DNA of 63,359 nt, counting the filler, from Chiloscyllium plagiosum (lineage: Eukaryota): NCBI RefSeq assembly GCF_004010195.1. It is 5 parts of one record of this genome, joined end to end, with 100 filler letters (N's around TTAATTAATTAA, not from the genome) between each part and the next. Parts side by side here need not be neighbours in the genome. Positions count along the whole stretch, not along the records: positions 7,340 to 28,370 come from NC_057711.1; 4 more parts are not named here. The stretch is one strand, 5' to 3'. The notes below the pieces were generated by a model. The model had not been told where the DNA came from. It saw nothing but the letters and a program-made list of their open reading frames with translations, and ran no database searches. This document shows positions 11,505 through 24,889 of the stretch, piece by piece. The first letter of the stretch is position 1, and every line of letters starts with the position of its first letter. The translations under genes and the position numbers were made by a program.

Positions 11505-13004
11505 CATGTGTTTGACTGAAATAATTCAGTCACAATCATTTCCTCCAGTGATTATATGATTCCATCAATGGGGTTAATAAGGTAACCATTAAACTGTATA
11601 CTAACTGATCTCTCCTTGACCCAGTACAGTACAACTGCATGCCATGGTTGTAATGCTTCAATGACATTTTGACACATCGGGTAAATTGCAAGCATAATCA
11701 GTTACAATTTATCACTCATTCTAAATAGGGTGCCTATGGCATACATCTCTGTGTTATAGCTCATTTCACTGATTACCCACTGCAGAAGGGTCTTTTCCAT
11801 GATCTGGGCCAGGGGTGGGGCCTCCATCCTCTGAATCCAAGGTTTGAATTGTTCCTCCATCATTCCTGAACAATATGAGGATTTTTGTACCTGAAAGAAG
11901 TGCCAATGTTAATGATAAAAAAGTTTCCTTGGTGTACAGAACTTTCAAACGCAATCTGATGGAAGTGTTTAAGGAAGAAGGAATTAAAAGCACAGATTGC
12001 GAGAAACTATTTCCTCTGGTAGGGAGAGCCCAGAACTTTAAGAGCTTTGAACTGGGTCATTCAGGCCGGGGCTGATGTCAGGAAGCTTATCCTCACATAG
12101 GGGATTGTGAGAATGTGGATCGCTTTCCCTCATAAAGGTTGTGGTCAGAGGAAAATTTTGTTTGGAACTTTATCAGAGTCTGAGTATCATGGGCTATGGC
12201 AACATGTGTGGAAGAGTTGCACAAGAAGTCCATCGAGGCCTATCTTGATGTTGGAAGCATTTTGTGCCAGGCAGCAGCAAGATGCCAATTGTCAGGTATT
12301 ATTGCCTTATTAACCGACCAACTTGCCTCATTAATATTCTATCTTGCTAAATCCACCAAGTAAGCTATATGTCAAGAAAACTTGAGATGACATGAAAATG
12401 GGTGGCACTGTTGGTGCAGGCAGGGAGGTGTCCTGTGGAGTGCATAGACACAATACATGCAGGATTAATGAAGTCAGGGGTTGGGGTTGGGTGGCAGTGA
12501 GTGAGGGTGATCTTGCAGGCAATAGTGAGAGGAGTAGAGCATGAGCTTTAGTGGGAGTTGGGCACTGTAGCATAATGTGAGTGTGAGGTATCATAGTGGC
12601 ATTTAACCTAGTAGAGAGAGGAAGGTCATGACCTTCATTCTACAGAGCTAAGTGTTCTTCCATGCACAGCAGGGCAGTTCTAGCATGATCGTGCTCACCT
12701 GGATGCACAATGGCTCTTTAGAGAACAGGGAAGTTCTCCCTTGTGTTCTGGATCAATATTTATGCCTCAACCTACATTGTTATCTGGTCAAAAATCACTT
12801 TTCTACTTGTGCAAACTTGCTCTGCACATTTGGCTGCAGTGTTTCCGACAATTCAAAAGTGACTACTATTCAAAGCACTTAGGTTATGAAAGAGGCTACA
12901 TAAATGCAGCTCTTCCATATTGCCAGCTTAGGAGGAAGTTCAGAAGACATTGTCCTGGAAGTGCAAAACCCATACAGACTGTAAGAAAATAGAGGACAAA
13001 TTAA

Positions 13005-13307
13005 GGCAGCATGGTGGCTCAGCAGTTAGCACTGCTACCTCACAGCACCAGGTTCCCATATTCGATTCCAACATCGGATTACTGTCTGTGTTGAGTTCGC
13101 ACATTCTCTCCGTGTCTGCGTGGTGCACCAGTTTCCTCCCACAGTCCAAAGATGTGCAAGTCAGGTGAATTGGCCATGCTAAGTGCCCATAGTGTTAGGT
13201 GCATTAGTCAGAGGGAAATGGGTCTGGGTGGGTTACTCTTCGGAGGGTCGGTGTGGACTTGTTGGGCTGAAGAGCCTGTTTCCACACAGTAGCGAATCTA
13301 GTCTAAT
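13005..13307 (+). mobile_element. HE1/V-SINE
   Basis: tRNA-like head, V-domain (gtttcctcccacagtccaaagatgtgc) and CR1-like tail. Confidence 0.85.
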
Positions 13308-14689
13308 AGAGTCATAGAGATGTACAGCTTATCTAAAAAAAAATTGGAGTTACTTTGACACGCAAATCCGATTTCCCAAGCCCTGTTACATTAGGGATAA
13401 TATTCTGCAGACAAGTTACATACTCTCATCCATTCTTAGAGAATGCTTTTTAATTTGAACAATTGGATAGATTATTGGGTCGTGAAAGAGAAGTAAATTT
13501 GGGAATATTGTGTCTGCAGGAAATCAGACAAAGCAATGTGCACAAATGCTAAGTTTTTAGTTCTCTCAGCTCTTTTGCACTGAAGCGCAATCCTCTTTAT
13601 CTTTCAGGTATACAACAGTGAATAATTTCAAAATAATTTAATTGAAATTGCAGCATTCTTACAAACTGATCCCAAATTTTCATAGATGACTTATTATGGG
13701 TATCAATCCCATAATGCATTCCACCCCATCCCCATCAGGTGGAAAGTTAGCCTCCAATTCAGTTCCTTTGTAATCAGTGTTTTATTTCAAAACTGCTGTC
13801 TGGCATGAGAGGGATAAGGAAAGCTTTCTTTTCGAAAAGCAAACACAGTCTGCTTCTTTTAAGTTCAAAAACTAACTTAAATATAGGTGCAGCAGGAGAA
13901 ACTTTATACATAAATGTCTGTCAGCATCACTGACCTTTAAGTGCTGCAGCTTATAAAAATAAACCATATTGATGTTAATCATGTACTGTAGACTGTGGCC
14001 CTGACTATTCACTTATAATAATTTCCACACCACTGTTAAACTTTGATCCTATCATCTTGGCATGACGTTGAAAAGTGTGATAAAAATTCACTCACGTTGC
14101 TATGCATCCATATAAAGGACCATATCAATTAACTACTCTTTGTTTAAGATTTGTAGAACTGATTGTAACTGGGCAAATGTATTCTCTTTAGTTCAGGGTA
14201 CTCCACTGTTATTAGTTCTGCCATTATCTTCTGCTGTTCCAGTTCTTTACAAAATGGCCCTGCCCGTTAATACTGCCTTTTCACTTTGCCTTTCCTGGCC
14301 TATTGTTACATTTTGTGTCGACAGTTTTTAACTAACTGTATTCACTATGCTGCCATTTACTCCTGATTCCAACTGAAATTTCCTTGAATTGGGTCCTTTA
14401 ATAACTTTTGAGGTTTTTTTTACAGATTTGCTAAGAGATCTTTTAACAGAACAACAACCTTCATTTATATAGCACTTTCAACATACGGAATTGTCACAAG
14501 AACATTCTGAGACAAATTGTGACACTTAACAGTATGGGTCAGGTGATTAAAAGCTTTGTTGAAGAGTTAGCTTTTAAGCAGCCCCATTGTTTTTGGTCAG
14601 ATATTAAATCAGTGCATTCAAAACCTTTATGTCACATTCACTCCTGAGATGAGCTTCTAAATTCATATTTGCATCATCCCTTTTCCCTT

Positions 14690-15160
14690 TTCTATCTTAG
14701 CCAAATCACTTGATTTCTCCCATCTGTTACTTATCTGCTGGTGAAGCCCTTATCTATGCCTTTGTTACCTCAAGAGGTGACTAGCACATTCCTGATTGCC
14801 TTCTCCCATACTATCTTATGTAACTTTGAGGTAATCTGTTTTAACTCTTATCAAGTCCCATTCACCCTTCACTGCTCTGCTTGCTGGACTACATTGGCTC
14901 TCGGTCAAGCAACATCTTGATTTTAAAATTCTCATTCTTGCTATCAGAACCCTTTATGACCTCACCTATCCCTATCTCCGTAATTTGCTTCAGCTTTTTC
15001 TCATTCTGGCCTCTTAATTGCTCCACCTTACTAACAGCATCTTCAGATGCTTAAGTCCCAGGCTCTGGTGACACCTCTAGGACTATCTATCTTGTTTGCC
15101 TCATTAAAAAGGCTACATAAAAACTTACCTCTTTGGTCAAGTTTTTAGTCATCTGACTGA
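14690..15160 (+). mobile_element. Old L2 LINE 3' fragment (related minus-strand fragments at about 44480-44810, 52380-52700 and 59135-59540)
   Basis: Degenerate L2-type C-terminus (LIYAFVTSR; LHWLSVKQHLDFKILIL) and tail aaaacttacctctttggtcaagttttt. Confidence 0.6.
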
Positions 15161-16099
15161 AACGTCCCAACTCTTGGATTTTCAGAAGGCTTTTGATATT
15201 ATGACCAAGTGTATGTTTCCAAATCTGTAGTGAGACAAAGCTAAGCAGGCTTGATTGACTGAGTGATCTACTCCTGTTCCTATGTTCCTAATATGACTTG
15301 GTGTCATCTGTTTCATAATGTGAGTAGAAAACATCTTGGAACATTACACTGCTGTATAAAGGTGCATCATTGATGTGAAAGGAGGTGAGACAGGCAGAGA
15401 AGTTTAGGCAGAGTGTATCTATTATATCTGCATAAAATATGTAGTTATGCCTGTGTGGATTGGCAAAGATTCCTGTTTCCATTCAGAATCATTTGCAGTT
15501 TTAGAAAGCAAGTCATCTTCAAAAATAAAAATGACTCAAATATGTCAGACTTCAGAGGATTGGAGCAATTTTGGTGTTTTCCAGATGCTTCTCTTAATGC
15601 TTGAGACTTTCTAGTTTATGGCCAGGAGAGTGTGAAGGTTCTGAACCCACTAATCCTGGACAGCATTAGGTGGATAAAATATCATTAGCTGAAAATAAAT
15701 AGAGCGGCATTGGGAAAAAGAAGTGGTCCTAATCTGAGCTTTACACAGTCCATCTGGAAATCCAAATGCATCACAGTGTTGGACTCACACAGTGGTTAGA
15801 TATTCACTGTTTGTGTCACATCCTGTCGTAAATCTTACTTGAAGAGATTTCTCTGTTAACATCCAAACTGTGTCTGTCAGCAGCATGCCTTAATCTAAGA
15901 GTGACGTAGACGCATGTTATCTTTCAAGGATTTGCAAAGCTGCAGATACCTCTAAAGGCCTGTTATGCAAAAAGGTGTCTCAGTTTTCATCCAGGAGCTC
16001 CACTGAGGGGCTACAAGTGGCATTCAAAGCTACAGATCCAGGCAAAATCAAACACTGACAGCATTTTAAAAGGAGGTGATGCCTCTGGCCTTCATTGCC

Positions 16100-16510
16100 C
16101 GGTCTCAGCTGTGGCTCAGTCGTCTCTATCTCATGGGCTTCTAGTTCCACTCCAGGACCTGAGAACAAAGATTAAAGCTAACTGCAGTTCTAATGTAGTG
16201 TAGCTTTTGAATGAAATGTCAAATAGAGGCTCTGTCTTCTCTCTCAGGTGAACGTAAAAGTTCCAAGGACACAGTTTTGAAGAGAAGCAAGGGAGTTGTT
16301 GCCAGTGTCCTGGCTAATATTGATCTCACAATTAGCTACACCAAGACAGGTTATTCATTTAGGATCACATTGTTCTTTGTGCAGAGCAGAAATTGATTGT
16401 TGCACTTTATACATTATCATCATGATAGCACTTCAGAAAGTGCTTCATTGGCTATAAACCACTCAGGGATACTTGATGGTGAAAGGTGTCTAATATTCTA
16501 AGTCTTTCCT
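16100..16510 (+). mobile_element. Deu-domain SINE (SacSINE1-like), near full length
   Basis: tRNA-like head (gtggctcagt), core gaagagaagcaagggagttgttgccagtgtcctggctaatattgatctca and tail cttcagaaagtgcttcattggct. Confidence 0.55.
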
Positions 16511-16554
16511 TTTTTTAATCCCTGGTTGCTGTAGTAAGCCACCTATGAGAGGAG

Positions 16555-17150
16555 ATCACCAGGATGTTGCCTGGGCTGATTGATGTGTACAAAGTTCTGA
16601 GGGATATAGAGCGACTACATAGGAAGAAAATTGTCCCTTAATAGAGGGCTCAATAACCCAGGGGCATTGATTTAGGGTAAGGGGTAAGACGTTTAGCGAG
16701 TATTTAATAAATAATTTTTCACCCACAGGGTGGTGGGTTTCTGGAACTCCCAGCCAGAAAGAGTGGTAAAGGCAAGAGCCAACATAACATTTAAGAACTA
16801 TTTAGATGAATGTTTGAATGGCCATGCACACAAGGCAATGGGCAAAGTATGGGTAAATGGGACAAGAGTTGATAGGACCACAGGGCACAGAATAAAGAGC
16901 TGCACTAAGATGGGGAAGAATCTCTTCCCTCAGAAGGTTGTGAGTCTTTGGAACTCCTTGCCACAGAGAGCTGTGGGGGCAGAGTCCTTGATCAGTAGGG
17001 GAATCTAGGATTACAGAGAAGGGACAGGAAAATGCATCTGAGGAATGTTGGACCAGCCATGATCCTATTGAATGGCACCCAGACAGGTTATCCATTTAGG
17101 ATCAAGGGGCTAAATGGCGTACTGTAGTTCATATTTCTTATGGTCTTATG
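16555..17150 (+). mobile_element. CR1 LINE 3' fragments (two juxtaposed ends)
   Basis: FFTHRVVGFWNSQPERVV and FPQKVVSLWNSLPQRAV motifs; cttatgg tail. Confidence 0.75.
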
Positions 17151-20016
17151 GCAGACAGGGTCACTTTGAGGAAGAAGTAATGAGTACAGTGGGAATGACG
17201 TGTAATGATTTGCCTGTGAAACAAATCACACAATAAGAAAGATGGCCAATTGGTGAATATTTTCTGAAGGAGGAGCTTGCAAATTCCATGCCTCACTCAT
17301 ATAACAAGTATCAAAATATGTGCACCGTAACCAGATAGATAATATCAAAGTTATGAAGGAGGTTGGTAGATATTCATAGAAAAAAAAACACTTTTGGAGA
17401 AATGCAAAAACAGGGATAATAAATATGAGGTAATCAGAAATTCAGAAGAAACTCCTTTACCCAGAGAGTGGTTGGAATGTAGAGCTCACTACCACATAGA
17501 GTACTTGATGTGAATAAATTGGGTGCATTTCAGGGAAAGCTATCTAAAGTAATAAAAGAGAAAGGTTTATGCTGGTGGAGTAAGATGAAGCCACGTAGGT
17601 TCAGGCTTGGTGAAGCTTAAACATCAAATTTGAGTTGAACAACTGTTTCTGCGCTGAAAATTCTGTTTAGTTTCTTGCAGTATTAAAGGAACAATCTGGA
17701 ATGTTCTGGAGCCCGTATGAGTACACATATGTCTCTTCTGTGGAAACCCTAGATCCCTTTGGTGGCTTCAGTAGCTTCTGTCAACTTTGAAATCTCAGAG
17801 CCTGAATGAAGGGGGAAATTAGCAGCAGTGGGTCAGGTTAAGTAAACAAAAGAGGCTGTCTAATTTGGTGCAAACTGTGTCCAAGAATATTATGAAATAC
17901 AGAATTGCAGACGTGACTTAGTGATGACATATCTTTTGAAAGATTTCCATTTAATTATGCATATCAGACTTGCCTTGACTTATTTAGACTATGTTCACCA
18001 ACATTTCTGAGGATCAGCTGTGATGTTTATTATTTGAAGTGTAACTTTGTGAATATTAAAGAATTAATCCATTATATATGTCACCTTTCATGATTTCAGG
18101 ATGTTCCTAGCATCTTCAATGCCCAACAAAGTACTTTTAATGTGTCATATTGTAAGGAGCACAAATGTCAATTTGTACAACTATAACATCTCACAAACAG
18201 CAAAGGGGGAATGGCCAGCTTATCAGTTTCAGGCACTGGTTGTTTTTTTGCGGCATTCTATGGCATTAAGTTCTGTCTTTGTAAAAGTGCACAGTTCCAC
18301 TGGCACTGAAAGCCTGATCCTGTTTCCTTTTCATTCTCAATAGTTTAAGTTGAGGAATGGTTATACCTCTCCTCTTTTTACAACAAATACTTCTTTTAGT
18401 TTTTGTCCTTTTTAGCATGTGGTTACCAAACTTCAATTAAATTTAGTTAACTAGATAAAAGCTAAGGGAGAAACAATTCCAAGATTTTCTTGTGTGAAAG
18501 AGACTGGAATTTTATTACATCCTTTTTCATAAAGAGTAATGAAAAGGAATAACAAATGTGCATAAAAATATAGATAGTGAGCATACCAAGATTTGGAGGA
18601 GTTGTGTCCAGTCCAGACAGGCAAATGGCATTACAGATCTTAAGTATCCCTTGGGTTGTGAGAAACTGAAGACCTGAGTCCAACTGTTCAACTGTTGTCC
18701 TGCTTCTGCAGCACTGGCAAAGGTTGCAGATTTTGAGTTTGTAGTGAACAGTGATTTTTTTTCGAGCTGTCATTTCACTAGCGCTCATTTCTGACATTGA
18801 GATTGAGGCTTGGATAGAGAGAGGGAGAGGGAGAGGAGAGCTTCTGGTATCCTTGCTGTTATCAGTCCATGTTTCTTCCTCTCATGTTCGTTCAAAGGCT
18901 GCTGTTGATATCCCAATACTTTGTGGATTTTAGTGTCCGTGTCATTGTTTCATTTCAAACTAGAGAGTCAAAGCTTAATTTTAATCTCTCAGTATGCAGA
19001 TTCATTCTGCAAGTGTGAGTGAAACAGGAGATGTGAGTTTCTAGATGCCTTGCTGAGTTTCAGCTCCTCTTGATTAAAATTATAATTCTGTGAGAGCCAT
19101 TCTCTTATAGTTTATGTGAGTTGCCTAGGACTTGTTAGGTGATCACAGCCATTTTAGGTGCACAGTGACCTTTGTAAAACTATTTTTACTCCATGAAAGT
19201 CTCAGATATGAAAGGGAAGTTTGAAAATGTTGCTTATTGATAGTGTCTTTTCACTACAATTGTAACGAATTTAGTATGCTTTCTTCGGGGCAAGGGATTT
19301 AAACATGAGTGGAAAATAAATAGAAGGTTAAATAGGGTTGGATAAAGAATGGTGAAAGGATGCTGGTATGGAACATAAACACCAGAATAATCCATCTGGG
19401 CTAAATGACCCGCTTCAATGTTCTACAGTCTACATAAGCCTATGTAATACTTGTTTAAGCAGTAAACACGGTCTTGATTGGATATATTAAGGGAGAGAAT
19501 GGATGGTAAGTTCTATTGCCAAAATTTGGACTGGGTTGGTCTCACATATACTTCCCACAAATAGGAACAGGTAGAAACTGCTACACAGTAATCAAAGCCA
19601 CAAAAAGAAGCTTTAAAAGTTACTGAAAAGTCACTCCTACATTTAGTTGGATGACTAAATACATTTTTTTACAAAAGCTGAAAAAATCTTTTTAAAAACC
19701 TCAAAATGCAGAGGCCTGGCTCTGATCTTGCTTGATGCCTGTGCTAGACATGCTCCTTGCTTTCATCTAAATTGGTATTTTCCCCAGGAGAGACCACTGG
19801 TAGTCAAATTCACATCTGGTATTTGCCATAGGGTTATATTAAAAGACCAACTTTACAACAGGCCCACTTGTGCATATGTGGACCTCAGCCAAGACACAGC
19901 ATTAAGTCTATTTTTAAGCAGCTTGGGGCTTCAAAAGAATATTCATGTATTTATCTTGAGGTAAAACTGCTTATCGATTTTGCTAGAAATTTCTGAACAT
20001 AAATACAGAAATTTGT

Positions 20017-20348
20017 GGGCGGCACGGTGGCACAGTGGTTAGCACTGTTGCCTCACAGCGCCAGAGACCCGGGTTCAATTCCCGCCTCAGGCGACTGACT
20101 GTGTGGAGTTTGCACGTTCTCCCCGTGTCTGCGTGGGTTTCCTCCGGGTGCTCCGGTTTCCTCCCACAGTCCAAAGATGTGCAGGTCAGGTGAATTGGCC
20201 ATACTAAATTGCCTGTAGTGTTATGGAAGGGGTAAATGTAAATGTAGGGGTTGGGGTATGGGTGGGTTGTGCTTCGGCGGGTCGGTGTGGACATGTTGGG
20301 CCGAAGGGCCTGTTTCCACACTGTAATGTAATCTAAAAATCTAATCTA
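20017..20348 (+). mobile_element. HE1/V-SINE, full length and young (CpG-rich)
   Basis: A-box TGGCACAGTGG at 20028-20038, B-box GGTTCAATTCC at 20072-20082, V-domain gtgtggagtttgcacgttctccccgtgtctgcgtgggtttcctccggg and an aatct repeat tail. Confidence 0.92.
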
Positions 20349-21917
20349 CATGCCATCCAACATAGCGATAGGCTTCACGATCAGGGATTCATGAATGTTT
20401 TCTCGATAGTGCCCATTTGAGGGATAGATTGGGATAAGCTTGCCTTTTGAATGCAGTGTAAAGTGAAAGGTGCTCGTTTAGTCTCCCATTAAACTCCTTG
20501 TAATTACCATTTTCCTTTGCGTCCAACTCCATGATGCTCATTTTGAAATAGTTTGGCAGTGGTCCAGGAGCTGGCCGGTCACATACTCACCTGGCACACA
20601 GGAGACACCTGAAAAGAGAGAATGTCTTTGAAAGTGGGAGCCTTACTACCAGAAACCAATAATTAATTCATGGTACAAGATTCCTGGTACCTGTTCTGGG
20701 CATATGTTCTTGTGGGCAACCTGAGTGAATCAGCATTACAAACATTATGGCTGCAAGAGCAGGTTAGCAGCTGGGAATTTTGCAGCAGGTAGCTCCCTTT
20801 CTGACACCTCAAAACCTTTCCATTAAGGAACAAGATACACTGCAGCACTTGCCAAGTTTCCTTTGACAACATCTTCCAAAAATCTGCTCTTTACTAGCTA
20901 AAAGGTTAAGAATGGAAACGTGGAAACATCACTACCTGCAAGTTTCCAACTAAGCCACCCACCATTGTGGCATGGGACTATATTACTGCTCCTTCTGCGC
21001 CTGAGTCAAACTCTGAATGGATTTGTAATGAAAGATATTGAACCTTGTGCAATGATCAGCAAATGTCCCACTTCTGAACTTATGATGGAGGGAAGGTCAT
21101 TGACAAAGAAGCTGAAGGTGGTTGGGTCAGGATTAATGCAGAGATGTCCTGGAGTTGAGATGACTGACCTCCAACGATCATAATCATCTTGCTTTGTGCC
21201 AGATTTGACGAATACCAGCAGAGAGTTTTCGTCCAATTCCCATTTATTTCAGTTTTCCTCAGGCTCGTTAATGCCATTCGAAGTTAATGTCAAGGGCAAT
21301 CATCCTCACCTCACTTTTGGGTAATCATATATGTATACTTGAAAGGGAGGAATATGCAGGTCTACAGGGAGACAACAGAGAAATAGGATGAATTGGATAG
21401 CTCCTTAAAGAAGCCCAGGCAGACATGATGGGCTGAATGATCTCATCATGAACGGTGTGTTTCTTTTGAAATATTGCGCATGTTATTTAATGTAGTCATA
21501 ACTCTTTAGAGATCCTGATTTGGATAATTTGCTAATTGCAGGATGAAACAACTGTGTCTTTATGTATTTGGAACAATAGATACTGAAACAATGAAAGATA
21601 AGGGAGATAGTTACTAATTGTATCCTAATATATACCTAACTGATTGATTGATTGCTTTGATTTATTGTTGTATGTACCTAAATACAGTGAAAAGCTTTGT
21701 TTGCGAGCATCACAGGCAGATCATAGGAAGTAAGGACATACAGATCACAAGATGAAAAAAACTTGCACAGAGTGAAGCATACAGGTTTCACTGCACAGGA
21801 CATGCATGAGGCAAGAATAACATTAACAAGATCAACATTATTTGAAGTTAGAGAATCCCTTCATCAGTCTAATGATGGCAGGGAAGAGGCTGTTCTTGAA
21901 CCTGCTGGTGCATGTCA

Positions 21918-23787
21918 TACAGTCATAGAGTCATAGAGATGTATAGCACAGAAACAGATCCTTCAGTCCAACCCATCCATGTCGACCAGATATCCCAACC
22001 CAATCTAGTCCCACCTGCCAGCACCTGGCCCGTATCCCTCCAAACCCTTTCTATTCACATATCCACCCATATGCCTTTTAAATGTTGCAGTTGTACTGGC
22101 TTCCACCACTTCCTCTGGCAGCTCATTCCAAACATGTACCACCCTCTGCGTGAAAAAGTTGCCCCTTAGGTCTCTTTTATATCTTTCTGCCCTCACCCTA
22201 AACCTATGCCTCTAGTTCTGGACACCCCGACCCCAGGGAAAAAACTTTGTTGCTTTATCCTATCCATGCCCCTCAAGATTTTGTAAACCTCTATAAGGTC
22301 ACCCCATAGCCTCCGATGCTGCAGGGAAAACAGCCTCTCCCCATAGCTCAAATCCTCCAACCCTGGCAACATCCTTGTTAATCTTTTCTGAACCCTTCCA
22401 AGTTTTACAACATCTTTCCGATAGGAAGGAGACCAGAATTACATGCAATATTCCAACAGTGGCCTAACCAATGTCCTGTACAGCCGCAACATGATCTCCT
22501 GATTCCTGTACTCAATACTCTGATCAATACAGGAAAGTATACCAAATGCCTTCTTCACTGTCCTATCTACCTGCGACCCTACTTTCAAGAAGCTATGAAC
22601 CTGCACTCCAAGGTCTCTTTGTTCAGCAACACTCCCGAGGACCTTACCATTAAGTGTATAAGTCCTGCTAAGATTTGCTTTCCCAAAATGCAGCACCTCG
22701 CATTTATCTGAATTAAACTCCATCTGCCACTTCTCAGCCCATTGGCCCATCTGATCAAGATCCCGTTGTAATTTGATGTAACCTTCTTCGCTGTCCACTA
22801 CACCTCCAATTTTGGTGTCATCTGCAAACTTACTAACTATTGGGGATAGTTATAACTAACAAAATGGGGATAGCCACAGAAGACTCCTGCACTACCTGCC
22901 TACCTCTCTTACCTTTCCTGGAGTTAACCCATTTATGTGACTGTATCTGAGACTCCCCCCCTTCCTATAACTGCCATCCATCACATCCCCTTGCTCTTGT
23001 AAATTCCTCATTGCCTCTAACTGCCTCTCCAACTGATCCATTTGATCTAATCGGATTCACAACCAACGGCATTTATTGCAGATATAATCCTCAGTAACCC
23101 GTAAACTCTCCCTAAACACCCACATCCAACAAGAAGAGCATATCACTCTACTCAGGGCCATTTTTGCTTCTTTCAGTCTACAGATCCAAAAAATAGCACT
23201 GTCTTATTCCTCTACAAAACACTGCTTCAGGTTAAGTTAATATTTATGGTTTATATTTTAGGTTTAATCAAGAGACATAGCTCAATAAAACATATTTTCA
23301 AGAAAGAACCCACTCTACTCACTACTGCAGACTTATTTTAAGGCCACACTTAAAACATCCATTTATCTGCTTCTGTGCTGTGACCACTCCCAAACAGGTT
23401 CCTCCAAGATCAGTTATGAATTTCACTGTTTTGTAATTTTCCCAGACACACTCCAATGTCCAGCGATACACGAATTCAATAGCAAAGGCAGTAATTGCTA
23501 ACTGTGTCAGTTAGCAATGTGGGTTTCTTGCGCTCTCTCTCTCTCTCTCTTTCTCCCTCCTGCACTGACCTCACCATGTGCTTCCTTTGTCTGTTCTTCT
23601 CCCTTTTAAAAGTGCTGTTGTTTTGACTTTATTTTTTCTCCAAAGTTCCAAAACAATGCGACAAATGTAAAATAGTAATTGCTGCTCCTGGAATTCGAGG
23701 AAATCAACTCCAACACCAAAAAACCTCAAAAAAAGAGCAGCTGTTACAGCCAGAATTTTTTCCTATCCTCTGTCTTGGATTACCCAA
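21918..23787 (-). mobile_element. CR1 LINE, internally deleted (3' RT end 21918-22838 joined to 5' UTR/ORF1 part)
   Basis: FADDTKIGG, LQRDLDQMGQWAEKWQMEFNSDKC and RTLVRPLLEYC motifs plus a (ctatga) tail. The adjoining 22866-23787 resembles a CR1 5' region with a CxxC ORF1 start (less certain). Confidence 0.8.
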
Positions 23788-24440
23788 GCTGCTGTATCTT
23801 CTACTTGATGGAAGAGGTTGTAAGAGATCATTAAGTTATTTAGTGCTAGCAACAGATTTATTGTCCTGTCTCTTAATGGCATACACCAGTTCAAATTTGG
23901 GCCATCTAATTTGAATTAGAGCCATCTTGGTAGGTGAATGTATCATATACCAAGCATATCTGTTCCTACCCATGTATTTGTAATACACATTTCAGTAAAA
24001 ACCCCATCTCTTTGCACAATGATTTTGCCATGCCCCTTAATTAAAAGACAGTTTTGTACTGACCCGGATAAAGAAGGGCTTGTAAAAAATAGATTGCAAA
24101 AGGCCTTCAATAAGGTGCCATGTAATGGAGTTATGACTAAGATCGGAACATGCTGAGTCAAGGACATGCAACAGCGTAGGTAGCGATAAAAACTGAAATC
24201 GTTGGCGAGACTCAGCAGATCTGTCAGTGTCTATGGGGAGAAAGTAGAATGAATGTTTTGAGTCCCAGTGATTCTTCATTAGAACCTAATGTTGAGTGAG
24301 TTTTGCCAGTAATTTATAATTATGTTTCAGATATCCACCGAAATAACTCCACAGAGGTCAGCATCCCATCACCAAGTCACCCTTTACTTAGTTAAAAATC
24401 ACACAACACCAGGTTATAGTCCAACAGGTTTAATTGGAAG

Positions 24441-24475
24441 CACTAGCTTTCGGAACGTCGTTCCTTCATCAGGTG
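24441..24475 (-). ncRNA. Minimal hammerhead motif (family B) with compensatory stem II
   Basis: Minus strand: CAC-CTGATGA-a-GGAAC-gac-GTTCC-GAA-AGCT-A-GTG. Confidence 0.72.
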
Positions 24476-24854
24476 GTTGTGGAGGACACAATTGTAAGAC
24501 ACAGAATTTATAGCAAACGTTTACAGTGTGATGTAACTGAAATTATACATTGAAAAATACCTTGATTGTCTGGTGAATCTTTCATCTGTTCGAATGCCAT
24601 GATAGTTTCACTTCTTTCATGTGTAAATCACAAAACGCTTTTTTATAAGTTGCATTCTCAGGTTAACTGTAACAATTGGTATTAGTCAGACAATATGTTG
24701 AAGGACAATATGAAAGAAGTGAAACTACCATGGTATTCGAACAGATGAAAGACTCAACAGACAATCAAGGTATTTTTCAATGTATAATTTCAGTTACATC
24801 ACACTGTAAATTTTTGCTATAAATTCTGTGCCTGACAATTGTGTCCTCCACAAC

Positions 24855-24889
24855 CACCTGATGAAGGAGCGGTGCTCCGAAAGCTAGTG
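24855..24889 (+). ncRNA. Minimal type-I hammerhead ribozyme motif (family B)
   Basis: CAC-CTGATGA-a-GGAGC-ggt-GCTCC-GAA-AGCT-A-GTG: intact core, 5-bp stem II, palindromic AGCT stem III, CAC/GTG stem I. Activity is inferred, not shown. Confidence 0.75.

Noticed and set aside
12331..12720. Possible second Harbinger Myb/SANT remnant
   Set aside because: Too degenerate to support by eye.
20017..20095. tRNA-like A/B boxes as a tRNA gene
   Set aside because: The sequence continues directly into the V-domain and LINE-derived tail, so it is a SINE head.
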